DNA of 30,973 nt from a virus (lineage: Duplodnaviria; Caudoviricetes), in the IMG/VR virus record IMGVR_UViG_3300030100_000989, positions 1-30,973 of that record, one strand, 5' to 3'. Below are positions 6,834 through 15,400 of this stretch, piece after piece. The first letter of the stretch is position 1, and each line of letters opens with the position of its first letter. The position numbers were made by a program, and so were the translations under genes. Below the pieces are notes generated by a model. The model was not told the origin of the DNA. It saw only the letters and a program-made list of their open reading frames with translations, and made no database searches.

Positions 6834-8341
6834 AAAATGTTTGTAAGATTATAGGTCCTCCAGGCACAGGTAAAACAACAACACTATTACGTATTGTTGA
6901 AGAGCAGTTGTCCGAGGGCCGTGAGCCAGATAGGATTGGTTATTTTTCTTTTACAAGGAAAGCAACACAAGAGGCAATAGATAGAGCGTGTGCAAAATTT
7001 AAACTTCCTCGTAAAGAATTAAAATGGTTTAGAACTTTACATAGTTTAGCCTATCAATGGATGGGCTGCACTAATACAGACATTATACAAAAGCAAGACT
7101 TCAAAGATTTCTACAGGGAATATGGAATAGATATATCTCAGTCTATCAAGGCAGAGGAGAATGTAGTGGGAGAAGAAGAGTCGGGGCTACACTTAATAGA
7201 TTTATATAGAGTAAAAAATACTTCTTTAGAGGAGGAGTTCAGAAAGTTCGGACATGTCAAAGGAGGCCTTGCTCGACTACAAAAGATAGACAAAAACTAT
7301 CGTTTGTTTAAAAAAAATAGAACCATTAAAGATTACACAGATTTAATTACAGAGTTTAATAAAATACAAATGTCTCCAAAACTAGACATTGTCATAGTGG
7401 ATGAAGTTCAAGATTTAAAACCAAATGAGTGGCAAATGGTTCAGATTATGATGAAACAAGCCAAAGCTATTTATCTAGCAGGAGATGACGATCAAGCCAT
7501 TTATTCTTGGAGTGGTGCTGATGTTTCGAAGTTAATTGACCTAGACTGTCATTTGCAAGTGTTAAATCAATCATATAGAATACCTAAAACAATTTATTTA
7601 AAATCAAATACATTAGTGTCTAGAATTAAAAAAAGAATTAGTAAAGATTGGCAACCTAGATCGGATAAAGGTCAGGTTAAAAATACAAATTTTGAAAGCA
7701 TAGATTTAAGAAAAGGTCAGTGGTTAATTTTAGGCAGGACAAATTATTACATTAATAACATTGCAGAAGAGTTGAAAAATAAAGGTTTTTTATTTGAAAA
7801 AAATAATTATCTCTCTATAGCCTCTGATGTTGTGGTGGCATATCGTGGTTGGATAGCGTTACAAAAAGGTCAACAACTTTCATATCAAAGCGTAAAGACA
7901 ATGTATCAACACATTTCTTTAGGATCAGAGGGGGTATCCCGTGGTAAAAAAGGTTTACTTGGAGCGGATCAAGAGGGTAATTTTTCTTATGAAACATTAT
8001 CAAAAGAGTGGGGACTAAATATTTCTTTGAGCACACCTTGGGAGGTAGCTTTAAGTAGAATAAAAGAATATGACAGAATATATATTAAACAAATACTAAA
8101 TAGCGGGCATGATTTAGATGAAAAAGTTAATATAAAATTATCTACGATTCATGGTGCAAAAGGCGGAGAGAGTCAGAATGTTGTGGTATTTTCTGATATA
8201 TCTAAAAGAATTAACGATAACATGTGGGTGAATAGAGATGACGAAAGAAGAGTTTTTTATGTTGCTATGACTAGAGCAAAAGAAAATTTATATATTGTCC
8301 CCTCAACTTCTCCTTATGAATACGAGGAGATACTTAGATGA
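6827..8341 (+). CDS. UvrD/Rep-like SF1 DNA helicase (start extended upstream of the ORF-track call; probable ATT start)
   Basis: In-frame Walker A GPPGTGKTT begins at 6854, upstream of the track start 6908; FRTLHS, VDEVQD, GDDDQAIY, QSYR, STIHGAKGGE, YVAMTRAK. Exact start uncertain. Confidence 0.88.
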   Translation: MLKNVCKIIGPPGTGKTTTLLRIVEEQLSEGREPDRIGYFSFTRKATQEAIDRACAKFKLPRKELKWFRTLHSLAYQWMGCTNTDIIQKQDFKDFYREYGIDISQSIKAEENVVGEEESGLHLIDLYRVKNTSLEEEFRKFGHVKGGLARLQKIDKNYRLFKKNRTIKDYTDLITEFNKIQMSPKLDIVIVDEVQDLKPNEWQMVQIMMKQAKAIYLAGDDDQAIYSWSGADVSKLIDLDCHLQVLNQSYRIPKTIYLKSNTLVSRIKKRISKDWQPRSDKGQVKNTNFESIDLRKGQWLILGRTNYYINNIAEELKNKGFLFEKNNYLSIASDVVVAYRGWIALQKGQQLSYQSVKTMYQHISLGSEGVSRGKKGLLGADQEGNFSYETLSKEWGLNISLSTPWEVALSRIKEYDRIYIKQILNSGHDLDEKVNIKLSTIHGAKGGESQNVVVFSDISKRINDNMWVNRDDERRVFYVAMTRAKENLYIVPSTSPYEYEEILR

Positions 8342-10218
8342 TATTTGAACAACAAATGGATTTGTTAAAAAAAGAAAACAAACCAGAATGGACAAGACCT
8401 AACTTCCCTGACATTACAAATATTGAGCAAGTAGCAATAGATTTAGAAACGTATGATCCAGAGATTAAAACTCTTGGCGGGGGGTGGGCCACAAACAAAG
8501 GATTTGTTGTTGGTGTCGCTATTTCTTTTGATGGTTTTGATGGATATTTTCCTGTGCGCCACGAAAGAGGTGGTAATTTTTCTGAAGAGGATGTGAAGAA
8601 GTGGCTAAAAAAATTATTTAAACAAGATCCAATTATTATTTGCCATAACGCAGTTTATGATTTGGGTTGGCTTAGACGGTGGGGTGTCGAGTGTGATGTC
8701 ACTAAAGTGTATGATACTTTGATAGCTGCTCCTTTGGTAGATGAGAATAGATTTAGTTATAGTTTAAATAATTTATCTAAAGATTATTTAGGAGAAAGAA
8801 AACAAGGAAATATTTTAGAAGACTTTGGTAAAGAGCATGGCTTCAAAGCAATAGAAAATATGCATCTTGTTCCCGTGGAATATGTAGGAATTTATGCAGA
8901 GCAGGACACTAGACTGACGTTAAAACTTTGGGAGTTTTTAAGAGTTGAAATACAAAAACAAGGATTGACTGATGTGTTTAATTTAGAAACAGATCTACTT
9001 CGTTTGCTTTTGGAGATGAGATGGAAAGGAGTACGTGTTGATTTAGAGAGAGCAGAGAAGACAAAGAAATTTTTTAAAAAAGAAGAAGAAAAAATTTATT
9101 ATAATATTAAAAAAGAAACATCAATAGATATTGGTAGCTCAGATATTTATGCAGCAGCATCTTTACAAAAAGTATTTGATAAACTAGGAGAGAAATACGA
9201 ACTCACAGAAAAAAATAAACAAGCTAAGATTAGTAATACTTTGATGAAAGAGAGTGACAATCCTTTGATTCAATCAATATCTGTAGCTAGAGAATATAAC
9301 AAAGCACACACTACATTCATTGACTCCATACTAAAACATAATGTGGATGGCAGGATTCATGCTGAGATTAATCAACTCAAGGGAGATTTTGGAGGCACGG
9401 TCAGTGGGCGGTTGTCTATGAATAACCCTAACTTGCAACAGGTCCCCTCTCGCAACGAAATCATAGGTCCCAAAATACGATCTTTGTTCTTGCCTGAGGA
9501 GGGGGAAAAGTGGGTCTCTCTCGATTATTCTCAACAAGAGCCTAGATTGCTCGTACATTATGCCAAAAAACACGATTTAGAGGGCGCTGAGACCCTAATT
9601 AGGTTCTTCCATGAAGGAAAGGACTTCCATCAAGTAACTGCTGATATGGCGCAAATATCAAGGAAAGAAGCCAAAACTATAGGTCTAGGACTCATGTATG
9701 GTATGGGGATCGCAAAACTAGCAGATTCACTAGATATCAGTACAGAGCAAGCCAAGGCCTTGAAGAAAAAATACAATGATAATGTTCACTTCTTAAACAA
9801 CATAATTGTTCGTGCAACTAGATACACAGAACAAAACGGATTTATAAACACTCTGCTTGGTCGTAGATGTCGATTTGATTTGTGGGAGAGTAAAGACTTT
9901 CACGACAAAAGAATGATGAGTTATGAGAACGCCAAGAAAACTTGGGCGTGGAATGAGATGAAAAGAGCAGGAACCTATCGTGCATTGAATAGGTTAATAC
10001 AAGGTTCAGCGGCAGATCAAACCAAAAAAGCTATGGTTGATTTGTACAATAGGCACGGGATTGTCCCGATGATACAAATACATGACGAACTCAATACTTC
10101 TGTAGCCAATGAGACCCAGGTGAAAGACATAAAAGGCGTTATGGAATCTGCCGTTGAACTTCACGTGCCCGTGAAATGCGAGGCTAAAATAGGAATTAAT
10201 TGGGGAGAAATAAAATGA
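8338..10218 (+). CDS. polA: Family A DNA polymerase with 3'-5' exonuclease, no 5'-3' exonuclease domain
   Basis: Exo I DLET, Exo II HNAVYD, Exo III YAEQD; SGRLS..PNLQQ; motif A DYSQQEPR, motif B KTIGLGLMYG, motif C HDEL. Confidence 0.96.
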   Translation: MIFEQQMDLLKKENKPEWTRPNFPDITNIEQVAIDLETYDPEIKTLGGGWATNKGFVVGVAISFDGFDGYFPVRHERGGNFSEEDVKKWLKKLFKQDPIIICHNAVYDLGWLRRWGVECDVTKVYDTLIAAPLVDENRFSYSLNNLSKDYLGERKQGNILEDFGKEHGFKAIENMHLVPVEYVGIYAEQDTRLTLKLWEFLRVEIQKQGLTDVFNLETDLLRLLLEMRWKGVRVDLERAEKTKKFFKKEEEKIYYNIKKETSIDIGSSDIYAAASLQKVFDKLGEKYELTEKNKQAKISNTLMKESDNPLIQSISVAREYNKAHTTFIDSILKHNVDGRIHAEINQLKGDFGGTVSGRLSMNNPNLQQVPSRNEIIGPKIRSLFLPEEGEKWVSLDYSQQEPRLLVHYAKKHDLEGAETLIRFFHEGKDFHQVTADMAQISRKEAKTIGLGLMYGMGIAKLADSLDISTEQAKALKKKYNDNVHFLNNIIVRATRYTEQNGFINTLLGRRCRFDLWESKDFHDKRMMSYENAKKTWAWNEMKRAGTYRALNRLIQGSAADQTKKAMVDLYNRHGIVPMIQIHDELNTSVANETQVKDIKGVMESAVELHVPVKCEAKIGINWGEIK

Positions 10219-10436
10219 GAATAACTTATGACAATGGTAAATTAAATTTATCTTTAACTAATGAAGAAGTAGATCACATAACTGATAACAAAGGTAGAAG
10301 TATACCGATGGATATTAGTTGGTTGAAAGTCTTACACGAGGACATATCTAAATGTGTCATGGCTCATTGGTCAAAGGTTGAGGTGTGGGATGCGTTGGAA
10401 TCACATCAGAAGACCGTAAAAGAAATTGAAGACTAA
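10215..10436 (+). CDS. Hypothetical protein (73 aa)
   Basis: ATGA overlap with the polA stop and GGGGAG SD at 10202-10207 favour start 10215 over 10200. Confidence 0.7.
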   Translation: MRITYDNGKLNLSLTNEEVDHITDNKGRSIPMDISWLKVLHEDISKCVMAHWSKVEVWDALESHQKTVKEIED

Positions 10437-10446
10437 GTATTAGCTA

Positions 10447-10863
10447 CTATTTAGTTTCTGTGGTGTAGCGTTTGCCATTCCAAGTGAATTGTTTTGCACC
10501 TTTCTTTTTAAAGTGCCTAAACGCTTCCCCAAAAGAAACACCGCCTTTTGATTTACCAACATTATAGTTTTTAGTATCCGCTCTTTTTTTAATATTTGAA
10601 CCAGGAGACGCTCTTGTTGTTCTATTTTTTTTAGTAAAATCAGCAAGATTTTTTTCTTTCATTTTTTTAAATTTAGATGCTGCTTCTTTTCTTTCACCTC
10701 TTGTGATTTCTCTTAATCTAGAAGTTTTACCTACTATGTCTGAGTCTTTTATAATTTTACTTTTCTCACCAGGGTTTTTCTTACCTGCTTGATACCCTGT
10801 ACCAGGTTGTTCTCTAAAAACTCTTCTCTTTATATTTCTATGTTTTAATACTTGTCTTGCCAT
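10447..10863 (-). CDS. Highly basic hypothetical protein with C-terminal FxxAF...FTWNGKRYTT motif
   Basis: AAGGAG SD; K/R-rich; last gene of the late operon. Confidence 0.75.
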   Translation of the reverse strand: MARQVLKHRNIKRRVFREQPGTGYQAGKKNPGEKSKIIKDSDIVGKTSRLREITRGERKEAASKFKKMKEKNLADFTKKNRTTRASPGSNIKKRADTKNYNVGKSKGGVSFGEAFRHFKKKGAKQFTWNGKRYTTETK

Positions 10864-10873
10864 CTTATACTCC

Positions 10874-11323
10874 TTATGTGTTAGCTACTATTTCTGCTAG
10901 CGACTCACAACGTTTCGGTGTCTGTGAATGCCACCTAGAATCTTTCATTTCTTCGGCGGCTTTTTTCCAATCTTTGACACGCATCGCTTTCCACATTTTT
11001 TTAAATTTAGATACGCCTGTGGTGCCTAATTGAAAAACCATTTCTAGTATGACCTCCCCAACATGTTGTGGTAAGTCATGACCAATATTATCTTCTATTA
11101 ACATATCGGCTCCTGCTGCCGCTCTGTTTAAATCCATTTCAAATATCTCCATGATTTCATCCATGGGTATTTCTACTCCTTCGGCAAATCTTTCAAGTTC
11201 ATGGTCTTGTACGAGGTGGCCTATGCCCACAGTTTTTTTTCCCAATGTGTCGAGGTAGACAGATGTCCTTAGACCTTCATGGTCCTGTACTCGTGCCTTC
11301 AATGCATCTGTAATTTTAATCAT
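10874..11323 (-). CDS. Phage lysozyme (GH24, T4-lysozyme-like muramidase)
   Basis: Catalytic triad E-x8-D-x5-T in HEGLRTSVYLDTLGKKTVGIGH; C-terminal SRWHSQTPKR. Confidence 0.93.
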   Translation of the reverse strand: MIKITDALKARVQDHEGLRTSVYLDTLGKKTVGIGHLVQDHELERFAEGVEIPMDEIMEIFEMDLNRAAAGADMLIEDNIGHDLPQHVGEVILEMVFQLGTTGVSKFKKMWKAMRVKDWKKAAEEMKDSRWHSQTPKRCESLAEIVANT

Positions 11324-11338
11324 AATTATATATCTCCT

Positions 11339-12409
11339 TTATTGTCGTAAATTAATTCCGAATATATCTTCAGTTTCCGAGGGAGTCATTACTCCACTGT
11401 TAAACATTGTATTATTATTCTGCATATTTTGATTTATTAAATTTTGCATTCTGTCTTCAGGGCTTACATAGTCTGTCACAATTTCAAATTGTGGTTGGTT
11501 CATTTGATTAGATGTTTGATTAAAAAAAGGTTCACTAAAAATTTCATTTGCTTTTTGTTGTTGTTCTATGAATTCTTCATCAGTAATAGGTTTGGCTTTT
11601 CCATCTTTAATTTGAATATTATTTGTTGTTATAGCAGGAAGACCTGCGCCTGCTTGATACCCACTTCCAGGCATTCTTACAAATTTATTATCAAATACTG
11701 TTGGAGATGTAATTCCTGTGGCAGGTGTTCTTCTAAAAGAATCATCTTGATCGACAACAGTCGTTACTCTATCCATATTTTCTTTTATTAAGTTTGCTTT
11801 ATCCAACTCACTCATTTGAAATGCTTCTATGTCTTTAATTCCTTGCACTCTCGGATGAGAGGACATTCGAGAATATTTGTTTGGATTTTTTATTACTTCT
11901 TGTTCGACATCAGTTAAATTATTAAACCCCTGTACTAATGCATTTTTTGCTTTTGTAGCGTTATCAGTAAATTTATTAAACAAATCTTTTGCAAGTCCGA
12001 ATAATCCAAAGCTACCAGACTGAATTCTGTCTCCCACACCCTTTGCTATACTCCCAAGTCCAAAACCAATATCGCTTCCTATTTCTTTAAATGTGGGACC
12101 GTATAAATTAGCTAATCTCATTTCTTCTTCTGCAAGAGTACGAGGGGCATCTGCTGTCATTTGTAAAAGATTTGAAGAACCTTGAACAGGTTTGGTAAAT
12201 AAATTTTTAAAACGCTGAAGCTCATCAGCTTGTGTCATTCTTCTTAAAGCTCTGTCATCAGATACATCTGGTCTGTCAGAAAAGAATTCTTTACGTCCTC
12301 TAGCAATATCTAAATCTCTAGCAATATCTGCTTTGCTAGTTTTAGCTCTACTAGCATCAGCTTTCATTTGTGCAATTTTACTTGTTTTTTGTGCGAATGG
12401 TGGTGCCAT
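11339..12409 (-). CDS. Putative internal virion protein (356 aa)
   Basis: TAATG-coupled to the 1441-aa gene; low-complexity helical sequence; role inferred from position. Confidence 0.6.
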   Translation of the reverse strand: MAPPFAQKTSKIAQMKADASRAKTSKADIARDLDIARGRKEFFSDRPDVSDDRALRRMTQADELQRFKNLFTKPVQGSSNLLQMTADAPRTLAEEEMRLANLYGPTFKEIGSDIGFGLGSIAKGVGDRIQSGSFGLFGLAKDLFNKFTDNATKAKNALVQGFNNLTDVEQEVIKNPNKYSRMSSHPRVQGIKDIEAFQMSELDKANLIKENMDRVTTVVDQDDSFRRTPATGITSPTVFDNKFVRMPGSGYQAGAGLPAITTNNIQIKDGKAKPITDEEFIEQQQKANEIFSEPFFNQTSNQMNQPQFEIVTDYVSPEDRMQNLINQNMQNNNTMFNSGVMTPSETEDIFGINLRQ

Positions 12410-15400
12410 TAGATAGTCCCTTGTCTTTCCGCTATTGCTTCAGTTGTATCCATGTCAGTTATAATAGCTTTCTTTGTCGTCTGATCAAGGTTTGTTGTAG
12501 GTTTTTGCCCTTGTCCGGTGATAGTGGTTCCTGTGCTAGTGTTGGGGGATGGTAATATTCCACTAAAGTCAAGTTCACTAGGTTGTGGTTCTTGATTGAA
12601 TAATGATTGAGGGAGATTTAATTCTATGTCTAAATTTTCATTTATACCTACACCTGCGTTTTTTCGTATAAATTCAGTTATATATGGAAGAGCATCTATT
12701 ATTGTGGGATCAACTTTTCTTCCTAAGTTTTCCTCTAATTTCATGTAGTTTTGAATAAACTTTTCTATCGTTCCTCTAGTGGGGACTTGAGGTATATATT
12801 TACCTGACTCCAAAAAGCCTCTATCTGTCTTTGTTATTCTTTCATATTGTGCTGCCAACTCCGCTTTATTTATATTTAAAGTTTTTAAAGCCTCAACATC
12901 TTGATAAAAGTTTTTATAAATTTCAAATCTTCTAAGTTCTGATCCTATGTATTGTTCTATTATTTCTCCTGCGGTAATCTCTCCACCTCTTAGTACATCC
13001 GTTGTAAAGGTTCTTTGAGCCTTACCTTTTAAATCTTTAAATTCAGTAAATATAAAAGGAGCCGCTCTGTCTGGGTCAGATTTTTGTTGTCTAAACCCAA
13101 ATATACCATAACCCTCATCCTTTAAATCAAATGTTCTTCCTCTTTTATCTGCTTTATTTCTTTTTGCTTGAGCTATTCTAGTTCCTGCTTTGTACGAACC
13201 AGGTATAAAAGGATCAAGAATGTGCATGGTTCCTTTAAAAAGTTTTTCACCGACAGGATCCTCTGGATTCCATACGGGCCTACCACCAGGATCTCTCCCT
13301 CTTCTTACAGTTAAGTCTATAAAAGCCTCCGCAAAAATAGATTCAGAAACGAAAGGTGCCGCTAGTTCTGCCATAGATTTTACACCTGCATCAAATAAAG
13401 ATTTATTAATTGACTCTTCTGTGGCTTCTCCTTTTGCCACCTCATTAAACATAGTGGTGACAGGACGAATTAGTTGATCGTATGGAAAGATATAACTTAA
13501 ATCAGCGTATTCTAGTTGTCCGTTTTTATCTCTGCCTGTTGCCATCAATAAACCATTCTCTGACCAAGAGGGAACAATACGACGAAGAGCAGTCATCTCA
13601 TCCTCTGTTGCTTGATAAAGTTGATTGCCTAATTCAACTAATCCTGCGGGCACGACAGTAGCGGTGGTCAATGTACCTGCTAATCTTCTTAATCCTGTTC
13701 CTCTAAATCCTGCGGTTGTGGCCTCTCTTGCCCCTCTTTGAATCGTGTTGAATCCTGTTCTAATTATCTCAGCAGGGAAAGCAACAAATGTGCCAAGGGG
13801 TAGTCTTCTTAAATTTTTAATAAACTGTCCCACATACTCGTAGTTGGGTATTTGATTTTTAGTTATCTCTGCTGCCATGTTATCAATAAAAGTATCTGTT
13901 AATTCGTTTTCAGGGACTGATTTAGATAGACCTAAATCTCTATATGCATTTTGACCATCTCTTTTGTAAACATTTTTTCTAAATAAAGGATCATCAAGAA
14001 TGTCGATAGTGCCATCTGCTCTTGGAGTTCCTATTTTTCTACCAACAAGTTTTTCCATGTCTGCAACAAATTTAGGATCTCGTAATTTTGCAGGAGTAAA
14101 TTTAAGTCCCTCTAAATTTTTTCTGAAAGAACTTCTTTCTGCTTCGAAGTTATAACCTTTCCAAACATTATCCTCCCACATATATGCATCTCTAAATTTT
14201 TTACCTACTTTATTTACCATGGAGCCTATGGTTTTTCCTAAAAATCCTGAATAGTTTTTATTAGTTAAATCAGTCCCTGTTTCTCTAGCGAGTCTTGCAG
14301 TTTCAATTCCTGTAACACTCGTGCCTCTAACTCCTAATCTTGTTCTATCTATTTTTCTCTTAACCGCTGCCGCTGAGGAGGGATTGTATAAATCTAAAAA
14401 AGCCTCCTTAAACAATCTTCCTGTTTGTGCAGGGTTTTGAAATAAAATATTACCATTCATTGTTGTAAACATAGCAGCAGACACAAAGTTACGCACATGC
14501 GTGAAAGGAGAGAAGATTGTCTTGGCTTGGTTAGAAAAACTTTTAGGATACAAAATCATATACTTGTAAAGGTTGTTGTACCAATTATCTTGTAAAGCCA
14601 ACCCTTGATCATTAAGAGAATCTGCCACTTCTTTAAATGTAAACTTACCGTCTAATGGAGTTTTTAAAGGACCACTAGTTTTAATTTCAACCAATCTTTT
14701 TTGAGGGTCTATGCCTAATCTTTTTCCTATAGCTGTTAATTCACTTTTATCAAAAAATACTGTGTTTTGTCCTTTTGTATTTTTGTTGGCTCTCAATAAA
14801 TTTTCAAAAGAATCGTACTTAGCTATAAACTCTGCTTGTTTTGATAACGTATTTGCTACATTAAAAAAAGGATCAGTTATCTCACCATATAACGCTCGTA
14901 GTTCGGGCGGAAGTTTTCTACTCTTTAAAATATTTTCACTTAAATCTAATCCCTCTTTGCTTAATTCTTTGGCTAAATTTTTATCAACAGTTGCAACGCC
15001 TTCCACATTTCGTCCTGCTTGATTAATAATATAATTAACAATATCAGAGGCTTGATCTCTAATATCATTTAAACTTTTAGGATTGTTGGCCAAGTCGTTT
15101 GCATTTTTCTTTAAAAGTTCGTCATACTGTTTATTTGTTATTTTACCTGCTTGTAATTGTTCTAATAGCGGGGATTTTAAATCTTTAGTATTTGATAGTT
15201 TTTTAGCTCTAACTTTTAATAATTTATCAACAAAGAAATTTTCTGCCTGTAGTATGGCATCCTCTCCTGGTTCATACTTTGACAAACCATTAGCCAATGC
15301 TCCACCAGGTTTGTTTTGAACCAACTGATATTGCTTTGTTAGATAAGAGCCATAGTTTGCTTGAGTCGCTTTTAATAATCTTTCCGCTTCTTTCTTTGCT

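Noticed and set aside
6908-8341. ORF-track start (TTG 6908) for the helicase
   Set aside because: It would omit the in-frame Walker A motif at 6854-6880.
10430-10460. Terminator at the convergent junction of the two operons
   Set aside because: Only 10 nt separate the stops and there is no GC-rich hairpin with a U tract.
10440-10646. 68-aa alternative-frame ORF inside the 138-aa basic gene
   Set aside because: No SD or motif; the 138-aa frame has the SD and a recognisable C-terminal domain.
12300-12329. 12-bp direct repeat ctagcaatatct (DIARDLDIAR)
   Set aside because: Local coding duplication with no sign of wider significance.
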